A DNA stretch of 64,000 nucleotides from Mobula birostris. Lineage: Eukaryota. The stretch is from the NCBI RefSeq assembly GCF_030028105.1, contig NC_092374.1, positions 90,424,491 to 90,488,490 on the forward strand, given 5' to 3'. A model generated the notes under the pieces. It searched no databases and was not told the origin of the DNA. It saw only the letters and a program-made list of their open reading frames with translations. Positions 39,061-51,074 of this stretch are shown here, piece by piece (within the stretch, counting starts at the first letter, position 1; every line of letters begins with the position of its first letter). Both the position numbers and the translations under genes were made by a program.

Positions 39061-39379
39061 ATGACAGTAAACTTGACTCGCCTGAGGGGAAAATATATTG
39101 ATGTCTTTGAGGGGTGATCTAAACCCATACCTTCCAAGCCATGCCCTCTTCTCGATGCTGCCATTAGGTAGGAGGTACAGGAGCCTCTAGAATCTAGATT
39201 CTGGATAAACAACTTAAGGTTCGACCACACCTTCTTCCCCCCTGCCATCAGGTTCTTGAACTGACCCTCAAGAAGCCTCACACTACTTCGGACTATTTTT
39301 CTGTTGGAGAATTCTTAAAGTAAAGCTCGATACCCGTGATATGATGGAAAGCCCACGTGTGCGGAACTCTGAGTAACAA

Positions 39380-40185
39380 AGAAATCAGCAAGTGCCACGC
39401 CTGCCCCTACAACTCCTCCCTCACTGCCATTCAGGGCTCCAAACAGTCCTTCCAGGTGAGGCAACACTACACCTGCGAGTTGGTTAGGGTCGTCTACTGT
39501 ATCCCCAGAGTGGCCTGCTGAATATCGGTGAGACCAGACGTAGATTGCGAGACCGCTTTGCTGAGCACCTACACTCCATACACCAGAAGAAGTGGGATTC
39601 ACTGGTGGCCACCCATTTTAATTCCACTTCCCATTCCCATTCCGAAATGTCAGTTCATGGCTACCTCAACTGCTGTGATGAGGCCGTACTCAGGATGGGG
39701 GATCAACACCTTATATTCTGGGTAGCCTCCAACCTGATGGCATGAACATTGGTTTCTTGAGCTTCCGTTAATTGCCCCCCACTTCACCATTCTCCATTCT
39801 CATTTCCCTCTCTCACTTTATCTCCTTACCCACGCATCGCCTCCCTCTGGTGCTCCTCCCCCTTCCCTTTCTTCCATGGTCTTCTATCCTCTCCTGTCAG
39901 ATTCCCCCTTCTTCAGCCCTGTATCTCTTTCACCAATCGACTTCCCAACTCTTTACTTCACACCCCACCTCCTAAATTTCACCTGCAACCTACTACATTG
40001 TATTCTTTCCTCCCCTCCCCCCACCTTCTTACTCCGACCTCATCATTTTTCTGCAGTCCTGGTGCAAAGTCTGGGCCTGAAACATCGACTGTTTACTCTT
40101 TTCCATAGGTGCTCCCTGACCTGCTGAGTTCCTCCAGCATTTTGTGTGTATTACTTTGATTTCCAGCATCTGCAGATTTTCTCTT
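39380..40185 (+). mobile_element. Degenerate Penelope 3' fragment (GIY-YIG plus tail)
   Basis: RDRFAEHLHSIHQKK...VATHFNSTSHSHS; decayed hammerhead at ~40063. Confidence 0.85.
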
Positions 40186-40329
40186 GAGTGTGTTTATATC
40201 TAGTAGCAGACAAGTGAGCGAAAGCAACACCCCCTCCCGCCCCCATTCGCAAGACAAAAAGTTGTTTTGTGGCTCATCTGTCTACCCATGTCTTGTATGT
40301 GCAGCTGTGTTATCTCCCTAAGGAATAGT

Positions 40330-41310
40330 TGCGGCCAGCACATTGAATTAGAATCAGGTTTAATATCACTGGAACACATTATGAAATTTGTTAACTTTAT
40401 GGCAGCAGTACAGTGCAATACATGATAAATATAGAAAAAAGATCAATCAGTTACCATAAATATATTTAAAAATAGTTAACTCAAACATAGACAACAGGAA
40501 TTCTGCAGATGCTGGAAATTCAAGCAACACGCATAAAAGTTGCTGGTGAACGCAGCAGGCCAGACAGCATCTCTAGGAAGAGGTGCAGTCGACGCTTCAG
40601 GCCGAGACCCTTCGTCAGGACCGTCCTGATGAAGGGTCTCGGCTTGAAACGTCGACTGCACCTCTTCCTATAGATGCTACCTGGCCTGCTGCGTTCACCA
40701 GCAACTTTTATGTGTGTAACTCAAACATAGTGCAGAAACGGAAATAATTTTTTAAAAAGTGAGATAGTATTTGCGTGTTCAATGTCCATTTAGGAATCGG
40801 TTGGCAGGGGGGAAGAAGCTGTTCCTGAATCGTTGAGTGTGTGCCTTCAGGCTTCTGTACCTCCTACCTGATGGTAACAGAAGGCATGTCCTGGGTGATG
40901 AGGGTGCCTTTCTGAGGATGTCCTTGAAGATGTCTTGGATACTATGGAGGATGATGATACCATGATGGAGCTGACTAATTTTACAACTTTCTGCAGTTTC
41001 TTTGTCCCCCACCCCATATCAGACAGTGATGCTGTCTGTCAGTATGCTCTCCACAGTACATCAATAGAAGTTTTCGAGTGTTTTAGGTGACAAACCAAAT
41101 CTCCTCAAACTCCTAATGAAATAATGCTGCTGTTTTGCCTTTATAGCTGTATCACTATGATGGGACTGGGTTAGATCCTCAGAGATATTGACACCTAGGA
41201 ACTTGAAATTACTCACTCTCGCCACTTTTGATCCCTCTATGAGGATTGGTTCGTGTTCCCTCGTCTTACCCTTTCTGTAGTCCACAATCAGCTCTTTGGT
41301 GGTACTGATG
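40330..41310 (-). mobile_element. Rex1-like LINE fragment interrupted by the Penelope palindrome
   Basis: FKFLGVNISEDLT; KAHTQRFRNSFFPPANRFLNGH. Confidence 0.8.
40491..40717. mobile_element. Palindromic Penelope-derived mini-insertion with two divergent hammerhead motifs
   Basis: ~95-bp inverted arms about 40622; 13-bp TSD aactcaaacatag (40478-40490, 40718-40730). Confidence 0.88.
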
Positions 41311-41375
41311 TTGAGACTTAGTTATGTAAACTTGTGACTTAGTTGGGAAAATACAGGATGTCCACAATGTCAGGT

Positions 41376-41683
41376 GTGGGCACGTGGCCAAGTGGTTAAG
41401 GCATTGGACTAGCGACCTGAAGGTCGTGAGTTCGAGCCCCAGCCGACGGAACGTGTTGTGTCCTTGAGCAAGGCACTTAATCACACATTGCTCTGCGACG
41501 ACACTAGTGCCAAGCTGTATGGGTCCTAATGCCCTTCCCTTGGACAACATTGATGTCGTGGAGAGGGGAGACTTGCAGCATGGGCAACTGCTAGACTTCC
41601 ATACAACCTTGCCCAGGCCTGTGCCCTGGAGAGTAAAGACTTTCCAGGTGCAGATCCATCGTCTCGCAAGACTAACGGATGCC
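41376..41683 (+). mobile_element. tRNA-headed SINE family B
   Basis: A box tggccaagtggttaa, B box gagttcgagcc; TSD (cc)acaatgtca. Confidence 0.88.
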
Positions 41684-41951
41684 ACAATGTCATAAAGCTT
41701 TAGCAATATCCAGTTCTTTTAACCCTGATTTTCTTTTTCTCGCTTAACTTGCACAAGTGTCATTATGCCTATTTTGTCATGTAAATTCTGGAGAAACCAT
41801 GTGAATTTAAGTTTATCTTAACTTGTGCTTGTCTGTAATCTACAGTGCTGCTTGCTACTGCAAAAAAAAAGATTCTCATAGCATTTATACCCTGGGCATA
41901 AATTTAAACAATGGCAATTGCTTACAATAATAAGCTTAAATGAAAGTTATA

Positions 41952-43503
41952 CAGGTGTCCCCCACTTTTCGAACGTTCGCTTTACAAAACCTCACTGTTA
42001 CGAAAGACCTACATCAGTACCCCGTTTTCACTTTCAGAAGGTGTTTTCACTGTTAAGAAAAAAAAATCAGCGCGCGATAAAAGGCACCGCACGCCCTGAG
42101 CAGCCGCTCTCCCCCGGATTCTCGCCGGCGTTGCTTAAACGCGTGCCTGTGAGCAGCCGTTTGCAAGATGAGTTCCATGGTATCTGAAAAGCCTAGAAGA
42201 GCTCATAAGGGTGTTACACTTAGCGTAAAACTAGACATAATTAAGCGTTTGGATCGTGGTGAACGAAGTAAGGACAACGTGAGTTTGGCTTGTGGAAGCT
42301 GACGAACATGATGTTGAAGAGATTTTGGCATCCCATGACAGATGAAGAGCTGATGCAATTAGAAGAAAAAAGGATAACTATGGAAACCCAATGAGTAATG
42401 ATAAAGTACGACTTTAATTTTGAAAGGGTACATCAGTTTAGGGGATATTTGCAGGATAGTTTGAGTCCTCACAAAGAACTGTGTGATAGAAAAATGCGCG
42501 AGGCTCAGCAGTCAAGCAAGTCTTCCACATCAGCCACAGCAGACGACGAACCTCGACCTTCGACATCGAGGCGGACAGAGATAGCAGATGAGCTGCCTGC
42601 TCTAAAGGAAACAGACGATGATGAGATGACACCCCCGTGTCCCACCACCCCAACCCCCAGGCCACCGTCAGATACCGATTCGTGGAGAATGCAACGGTAG
42701 CTGGGAGGCACACAGCACTTCTTTAAGAAAAAAGCCGAAATAAACATGCTAATTAATTAGGTGCCACCGACACGTAATTGTCGGCCCAGATCAGAGACGA
42801 CGCAATCGGAAATCGGCACTGATCTGGGCTGACAATTACGTGCCGGGTGGCACCTAATTAATTAGCATGTTTTTTTTGGCTTTTTTCAAGATGTGCTGTG
42901 TGCCTCCTGGCTACCGCTGGACCCTTGCATGCTTCGCAGCAATGTGTCGCTTGGCGGCCTGGAGGGTGGGGGCCACTGCACCACCCCAACTCCGGTTCAG
43001 CCTAACACACCATCATCCATGTGCTTGGCGCTGTCTTCCGGATTCTCGTAAGTGATACTGCACTGTACATGCATTATTTCTACTTTATACAGGCTGTGTA
43101 TTTTTACGTGTTATTTGGTATGACTTGGCAGCTTCATAGCTTAAAGGTTACTGGAGAGCGCTTGCGCCATGTTTTTCCCACCTGCGCTTGCGTGAGATTT
43201 TCTGCCGACAGGGCTTGCGTGAGATTTTCACTACGGAGAAGAGTTCAGTAATGATTGTGGAAAAATATTTCTACTTTATATAGGCTGTGTATTTATCATA
43301 TCATTCCTGCTTTTACTATATGTTACTGTTACTTTAGGTTTTATGTGCTACTTGGCATGATTTGGTAGGTTATTTTTGGGTCTGTGAGCGCTCACAAATT
43401 TTTCCCATATAAATGAATGCTAATTGCTTCTTCACTTTACGACATTTCAGCTTACGAACCGTTTCATAGGTACACTGTACCTTCAGATGGTGGGGGAAAC
43501 CTG
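41952..43503 (+). mobile_element. Tigger/pogo-like DNA transposon, internally deleted
   Basis: TA|caggtgtccccc ... gggggaaacctg|TA; remnant TLSVKLDIIKRLDRGER (CENP-B-type HTH) near 42210. Confidence 0.85.
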
Positions 43504-43591
43504 TACCATGAACAGTAACTCATATTTGTGAATGTCTTTTTGAAGATAATTTCCTGCTGTTACATGATGTCCCTTGCCGCTTTAGTTTCAG

Positions 43592-43661
43592 GTCCAAGGT
43601 GTCCTCTTCTATGCTTCTCTTGCTGCAAAAGTGCTGTGTTTCAGTGCACTCGTCAGTGAAG
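43592..43661 (+). CDS. IgSF gene, signal-peptide exon (VQGVLFYASLAAKVLCFSALVSE)
   Basis: Acceptor tttcag|, donor GAAG|gtaaga; phase 0 to 1; hydrophobic; joins in frame to 45051. Confidence 0.65.
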
Positions 43662-45050
43662 GTAAGAATCTGACCTACACCTAGGGGACAGGAGTCTACC
43701 ACACGGCTCTTCAAACCTTCCTCAATCCAAATGTATTGTAGCTAAGCTGATCTTTAGCCTCACCCTGATCATTATCCCTATGTTCATTTATTTCTTAATG
43801 TGCCATGTCAAATGACGTAGGCAAAGATGATTGTTCTTGGCAAATTTTCTTCAGAAGTGGTTTGCCAGTGCCTTTCTCTGGGCAATGTCTTTTTAAGATG
43901 GGTGCCACCCCCCCCCCACCTATTATCAATACTCTTTGGAGATTGTCTGCCTGGTGTCAGTGGTCCCATAACCAGGACTTATGATATAAAACCATCCACC
44001 ACCTGTTCCCACGGCTTCACGTGACCCTGATCCAGGGGGGTGGGGGGGTGGGCGGGGGTGGTGCTAAGCAGGTGCTACACCTTGCCCAAGGGTGACCTGC
44101 AGGCTAGCAGAGGGAAGGAGTGCCTTACACCTCCTTTGGTATTGATGTATCTCCAGCCTGCCACCCAAAATCCCTATGTACCCTTGATAATAAAAGGGGC
44201 CAAGAATCAGTCAAAGACTTGATAATTTGGGATTCTCTGCTGAATGTGGTTATAATATTCCAAACATTTGAGAAAAAGAACTCCTAATTTCTGCCTTAAA
44301 TGAGTGATTCGTTATCCTGAGACCAGACCTCTAGGGTCAGATTACTTCCACTTGGTGAATGTACTCATAATGTCTATCCCGTAAAGCTTCTTCAGAATTT
44401 TGTTCTGCTGCTGTCAGGATTTGTTCTTCTCTGCTCCAAGGGCAGCAAGGAATGCTCCCTTCTTTGAGAAATTTGCTCTGTAGATAGAGAAATGTTTATA
44501 ATTTGGAGTCCAGGATGCTTTCTTTAGAATGAACCTTCAGCTGTCCTAATACTTGTCTCCAGTCTGAACTCTTATCTCCGCTCCCCCTCCCCCAGCCCAG
44601 CTCTCCCATACATCTTGCTCCTGTGTCCGGCAGCTTGTTCTCCTTCCCCTCCCTCCATCCACCTTACTCTGGCTCCTGCCCCTTTCCTTTCCAGTCCTGG
44701 TGAAGGGTCTCAGTCCAGAACGTCAGCTGTTTATTGCTTCTTGGATGGTCCCTGGCCTGCTGAGTTCCTCTGGCATTTTGTGTGTGTTGCCGCAGATTTC
44801 AAGCAACTGCAGGGTCTCTTGTGTTCATGAACCTTGTGGGTTTGTCCAACGGCTGAGTTTTCTGCGTGTCTTTGGATCCTACCAACACTGTATTGCTGTG
44901 TGCAGGATGGTACCACGTGCACATTAGCAGCCATATTTCCACCTTAAATTGACACTGCATCTCTTTGGGATGGTGTGAACTTGTAATGGATTTTATAGAG
45001 ATGCAAGCCTGTTTTTTTGTTTCTCATCACCCCCCCCCCCCCACACACAG

Positions 45051-45392
45051 CTACAGTTCAAACTATATGCACCCCAACACAGATTGCCACCCGGGCCAAT
45101 TGTGGGAGCACCACAGTACTTCCCTGCCCATTCACAGTTGAAGGAGAGGGAATGGAGGTAACCTGGCAGAAAAAGAAACCTCTGTTGGTGGTCTACATAT
45201 CAAACGATTTGCCGAAAAATCAGTACAGGGGCCGGACGACGATGCAACCAGGTTGGAACAAAATGGGAACAGCCAATCTGACTATCCACGACCTCAGAGT
45301 GGAAGACATGGGAACCTACGAATGCAACATCCGCCTGAATTCAAATTCCAGAAGCAAATCTTGCTCCACGGTAACCCTGAAGGTAGATCCAG
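45051..45392 (+). CDS. IgSF gene, V-set Ig domain exon 1 (B7/butyrophilin-like features)
   Basis: cacag| and CAG|gtaaga, phase 1-1; VLPC, VTWQK, YRGRT, ANLTIHDLRVEDMGTYEC, TVTLKV. Confidence 0.92.
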
Positions 45393-46278
45393 GTAAGAAT
45401 TCAACCTTGGGCTCATAGGTTCTTGATTAGTAAGGGTGTCATAGATAACAGGAAGAAGGCAGGAGAATAGGGTTGAGAGGGAACATAAGTCAGCCATGGC
45501 AGGCTCAGTGGGGCTGAATAGCCTAATTCAACTCCTATGTTGTATGGTCTCACTCCTAAGTTGAACAAATGGGATGCACATGTAATGAATCTTGAAATGG
45601 TGTCGCTTCGGACTCAGACTATAACATTGAAACAGCGATCTGTTCGTCTTCCCTCTTGCTGTGGAAAGGGTGACACCTCTCTCCCTTGTTATTGAGAGGT
45701 AGAGAGCCCGGGGCATGTCGAAGGGCTGGGTGAACTATGGTTTTTGTTGGATTCTCTGTGGGGGCTTTGCTATTGCTAACTTGATGGGTGGTGGGTGGTG
45801 GGTGCTGATGCTTGCTGCTGGAACGGGGGGCAGGGGGGGCGGGTGGAGAGAGGCTTTGGTGTTCTAATGTTTCTCTATCATTCATTCTTTGGGGCTTTCT
45901 GTTTTGTGGGCGTCAGCAAAGAGTAAGAATTTCAGGTTGTATGCTGTATGCATTCTCTGATATTAAATGCAGTGAATTGTGTACACAGAGGCCTCATCTC
46001 CACTCTAGTGGCTTGACTGAATGTTGACAGTGCAAGGTTTACGCGGAACCTCCTTCAATGTCTCCCACACAGTCATGAGCTCAACTGGCAGCTGGCTGTT
46101 CCCCATGTCTGATCTTCACCATTACAGCCTTTGGGATTGGTTCTGTATGTTTGTGTGTGTCTTTGTAGCTTTCTCGGACTTCCAATGGACTGTTCTTGCC
46201 GTCAGCATGCAGTAGAGTCATTTGATCAGCCAGACCATAGGAGGTCTTGTGTCTGTGTATTACATGTCAGGCAGAGTG

Positions 46279-46844
46279 TGTCACAACCAGGGGTTGTTTT
46301 TCATTTCTTTTGCCAGTACCTGGACTGTCTTTTCTCAATGTCACCTCGTGGGTGTGCATTATCCTTGGATTGTTTACCTTTTATGTCTAATTGTTTGTCT
46401 TTGGACGAGCTCTGGGTTTTCACTTTGTTTTACAGGTGTCTCATTTGGGATCATGGGAGTTGTTAATCTCTTTGTTTTTATTACTTTTGTTCAACTTGGA
46501 ATAATTTAATTAGTACGGTGTTGTCAATGTCTTTCAATGTAGTTGCTGTCTTTGGGGATTATTGCTTTGTCTGGACATCTATGTTGTCTGATTGCTCCAG
46601 AATTCCTACGTGCTCCAGGGGGTATTTCAGGGAGGCTTGCCAATGCCTCTTTGTTGGGTCGTTGTGGTTCCTTGTCGGGTGAAACTCAGACCAAGTTCTT
46701 CCGTGAAGCAGGAGTGCTTTCAGCTCGTCAAGATTCCATGTAGTTTGCCTGAGCTCTTTTTAGTTTTTCTACTTAATTTCTGTGATAAGTCTTTAGTTTG
46801 TTTGACTTGCTGAAGTCTCTGTGATTCCTGCACTTGAGTTCACA
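46279..46844 (-). mobile_element. Candidate LTR-like repeat, copy 1
   Basis: tgtcac...aca ends; diverged direct copy at 48669-49167; no clear TSD. Confidence 0.35.
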
Positions 46845-47779
46845 ATAGTTCTCATCCCTTCTCTGTTCATCGCCTTCCTCTGGTTCCCCTCCTCCAGCCC
46901 TTCCTTCCATGGTCCACTGACCTCTCCAGTTGGATTCCTTCTTCTTAAACCCTTTATCCCTTTCATCTAATCTCCCAGCTTCAAAACCCTCCCCCAACCA
47001 CCCACCTTTCCTCTCACCTGACAGCTTCTACTCCTCTGCCCCTTCCTACCCACCTTGTATTGGTCTCTACCCCTTCCTTTCCATTGCCGATGAAGGATCT
47101 CGGCCCCAAATGTCGACAGTTTATTCCCCTCCATAGATGCTCTCTGACCTGCATTTTGATGTGTTGCTCAAGATTTCCAGCACTAAAATGGACACTTGGG
47201 CAAGAATCAGAAAACACATTGGAAAGGGCCCAATTCAGGTTTACGCTTACCACTCCACCCCCTCTCCATCTGGCAGTATGGAGCGAATATTCAAGATATG
47301 GGGGGGGGTTAAAGATGTACATCTATATGATGAGAGGCGTTGATCGTGTGGATAGTCAGATAACTTTGTGGGCCGAAGGGCCTGTATTGTGCTGTAGGTT
47401 TTCTGTCTTTCTATGTTCTATCTGCTGGTATTTCTGTCCCAAAATCTTGTCTATATCCTGCGATTCTGCCCCCTGCCACACGGTGGTGCTGGCTGTTGGA
47501 CGGTCCCTCGGTGACCAGTTCTCCTCAAGTTCACTCGGGGACTCCCTCAGGGTCACGATGCACAGACACTGGGGATTGCTACTTGTCCTGTGAGCGGGCT
47601 GCATTGTTGTAATTCAATGAAATCTTTCTTCAGAGTTTGCTAGTTCAGCAACCGGGGAACCCTAAATGTTCCTACTCACTGCGCAATGACTACAGTATGT
47701 ACCACTTACAAACTGCATTGCAGTAGCTCACTCAGTCTATGGCCGCAGAACCACTGGTTGGTCCGTAGGCCAAGAAAAC

Positions 47780-48180
47780 TTGCTTTCTATCTCCCATACT
47801 TCCTCTCTCCTTCTTTCTCACTCTTTGTTCTCTGTCTCACCCTCTCTATCAATCCCTCCCTCTTTCCCACAATCTCTCCCTTTCTTTCTCTGAATCTATC
47901 TCTCTTTCCTTTGTCACTTCTTTGCCCTATCTTTTTAAACCTGCACTCTCTTTCATTTTCTGCTCCCTCTAAATCTTTCTTTCTCTCTATCTGTCTATCT
48001 CTAAATCATTTCCTGCCTCATCTTTTCTCTTCCTAAATCTCCCTCCCTTTCTCGTTTTCTCTTTTTCATTTTCTGTCCCCTTTTCTAAATATTTTCTCTT
48101 CCTCCCTTCCTCTCTACCTTTCACCTTTTTTTCTCCCTTCCTCCTTCTCTTTCTAAATCTCTCTCTTCCTCTCTTGTTTG
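47780..48180. repeat. CT-rich low-complexity tract
   Basis: Almost pure C/T with taaatc spacers. Confidence 0.85.
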
Positions 48181-48668
48181 CCATCTCTGTGTCCCGTGTA
48201 GTGCACGGGAATTGGAAATTAGCGCTTACCTCTAACTGCCCCTCAAGAATGTGAGGGGTAAGGGGTGGGGTAGCGGTGGGAAGGGATGAGCTGTGTCTAT
48301 GAGGTGCTGCCGTCCTTCTGGTGAAGGTTCGGTCAGGGAGAGAGTCCTGGTATCTGGACTCGGTGATGATGAAGCAACAGCGGGATACTTCACCAGAGGG
48401 CGCAGGGGTGAGAGAGGGCGAGAGAGAGAGAGAAACCTTGTGGTCAGCAGCTACTATCTGAGCTGTGCCCTCTTCTTGATGCTGTCGTCAGTCAGGAGCA
48501 CAGAGGTCTGAAGACCCACATCTCAAGTTTCAACTTCTGCCATCAGATTCCTGAAACCACTTGCAAATCCGTAATTCTGCTACAGATTCTATTTCCCTCA
48601 ATTTGCGCTATTGTCATTAAGTTTATTTTTGTTTCACCCTGTACTATATTTTATGAATAATTCATGTT

Positions 48669-49167
48669 TGTCACAACCAGGGACCGTTTTTTGGTCAGTT
48701 ATTTTTTTGTGTCAGTTGCTATGTGGTTTGTATTTGCTCAGTATCAACCCATGGGTCTGCATTGTCCTTGGAATGTTTACCTTTTATGTCTAATCGTTTG
48801 TCTTTAGACGAGCTCTGGGTTTTCATTTTGTCTCATTTGTGATCATGGGGATCTTTGTATTTATCACTTTTATTCAATTTGTGGTAATTGAATTAGCACT
48901 TTATTGTCAGTGTCTGGAATTCCTTCATGTGTATTTCGGTGGGGGGGGCACGCCACCCCCTTCTTTTTGGGTCATTGTGATTCCTTGTCATGTGAATCTC
49001 AGATTGAGTTCTTCTGTGTATCGTCAGTGATTTCTGTTCATCAGGATTCTGTATAGTTTGAGCTCCTGTTAGTTTTTCTGGTTAATTTATGTAGTAAGTC
49101 TTTAGTCTGGTTTGAATTGCCGAAGTCTCTGTGACTCCTGCAGTTCAGCTCGCCACCGCTCCTCACA
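48669..49167 (-). mobile_element. Candidate LTR-like repeat, copy 2
   Basis: Shares tgtttaccttttatgtctaat.gtttgtcttt.gacgagctctgggttttca with copy 1. Confidence 0.35.
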
Positions 49168-49767
49168 GTATGGTTCAGCTGCCCGTGTTGCCATGTTATA
49201 AGTATTACTGTTTTGAAAAGCAGTTTCTGAAGCCAACTAAGAGATTAATTTGGACCTGGGGGAATAGTATCATGGTATCTTTGGGGCAGTCTCTTAGAAG
49301 ACTACATTCTGAACCCAACCAGAAAGCTGGCTAATACTAGACCTGGATAGATTACTGATTTTAAACTGTACTGTTAGTGTAAATGTGTGGTTGATGGTCA
49401 ACATGCACTCGGTGGGCTGAAGGGCCTGTTTGTTTACCTGCGATAGACAGCCCACCTTTCTTGCCCACTGTGGTGGTTTGGCATTGCCTTCCGGGCAGTG
49501 TCTTTACAAGACAGGTGACCCCAGCCATTGTCAATACTGCCTGGTGTCAGTAGTTGCGTAACCAGGGCTTGTGATATGCACCGGCCACTCATATGACCAT
49601 CCACCACCTGCTCCCATGGTTTCATGTGATCCTGATCTGTTGGGGGGAGGTTGCTAAGCAGGTGCTACACCTTGCTCAAGGTTGACCTGCAGGCAAATGG
49701 AGGCTACACCTTCTTTGGTAGAGATGTATCTCCACCCCCACATTCACCCAATTATACCCTGGATGGC

Positions 49768-50345
49768 ATCTGCTAGTCTCGTGAGACCATGAATCTGCGC
49801 CTGGAAAGCCTTGCTTCAGTCTCTCCAGGGCGCGGGCCTGGGCAAGGTTGTATGGAAGACTGGCAGTTGCCCATGCAGCAAGTCTCCCCTCTCCATGACA
49901 CCGATGTTGTCCAAGGGAAGGGCAAGGGCCAATACAGCTTGGCACCAGTGTCGTCGCAGGAGTTGCCAGAACGAGGTTGAAGGCAACGTTGGACTGCCTT
50001 AGGGATTCCCAGCTCCAGATTTGTCCTCAGGGTTTACTCCCGAAGCCTTTCCCATGAGTGGGTATGGCCACAAGGCAGTGGTGGTTTGAAATCAGAGTTT
50101 TCCCTCTCTGATGGACTGTCTTCCCAGGCTGACGAGCTCCATCTACCCGAAGCACTGGTTTTAAGGCACCAGGACCTGCCTTCGCCCCTTCTCCTGTCAG
50201 TAGAAACAGTTCCGCCGGGCTTAGAGGCTAAGCCACACAAGAAGGCCAGGAGCTGGACTTGGTTGTCAGAGGCTATTTGAGGCACATGCCGTGAGGAGCA
50301 CTTTTAGGTAGTGGGAGCTTGTCCCCACTACCACTCCTCGGCTTG
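49768..50345 (-). mobile_element. Non-autonomous retroelement with hairpin head and the family-B SINE 3' module
   Basis: Head ggtagtggg..cccactacc; 3' ~200 bp matches SINE B; related element at ~59195-59745 (+). Confidence 0.55.
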
Positions 50346-50384
50346 ACAACCTTGGAACCCAATTATACCCATGTCAGCAATTAA

Positions 50385-50505
50385 CCTTCTAAATCTTTGG
50401 AATGTGGGAGGAAACCGGATCACCAGGGAGAACATACAGACAGCAGCAGGAATTGAAATCAGCACACTGGCACTGTAATAACATTACGCTAACCACTGCC
50501 CGACC
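50385..50505 (-). mobile_element. V-SINE/HE1-like fragment
   Basis: Minus strand cagtggttagcg ... atgttctccctggtgatccggtttcctcccacattccaaaga. Confidence 0.55.
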
Positions 50506-51074
50506 CACGTTCTGATAATGAAGGGCACACCAAGGTAGGCGTGCTTGTGATACCTTGGAAGTCAGGGCGAAAGAAAAATGGCACAAAGACTAGAGTTTTT
50601 TAAATTTAGCAGCAGTTTCGCAAGTGTGAAAGTAGAGCAGTAAGAAATAAACTAACAAATTGGGTTAAGGGATCATGACTCAGTGGCAAACATTTAAGGG
50701 GATCTTAAATTTCAAAACTGAAAGAATAAACATATTCCAAGTAGAGAGAGCATTTCAGAGGAGGATTCACCATCTGTTGTAACTAAGAAAAATTAAAGAC
50801 AGTGTCTCAGACTTGGAGATAAAAGGGGTATGTCATTGTCCAAAGTAATGTAACACAGCATCAGACTGACTTGAAAATTAATGGTTCAATGGTTCAATTT
50901 AATATCAGAGAATATAGACAGTAGACAACCTGAAATTCTTACTCTCCAGACATCCATGAAACATCCACGAGAGGGAAAAAAAGCACTGAAGTCCCCTTCC
51001 CCCTCCCAAGCACAATCAGGCCACATTTTATGAGTAATTAATGCAGAAAAACAGGTATTGCGACTGTACTTAGC

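Noticed and set aside
41376-41450. tRNA genes at the A/B-box motifs (also 29480-29556, 56700-56778)
   Set aside because: They are SINE heads continuing into a shared body with TSDs; no complete cloverleaf.
50180-50345. HDV-like ribozyme in the hairpin-headed element (ttcacgt loop in the related copy at ~59300)
   Set aside because: I could not build consistent P1, P1.1 and P2 pairings by hand; needs a descriptor search.
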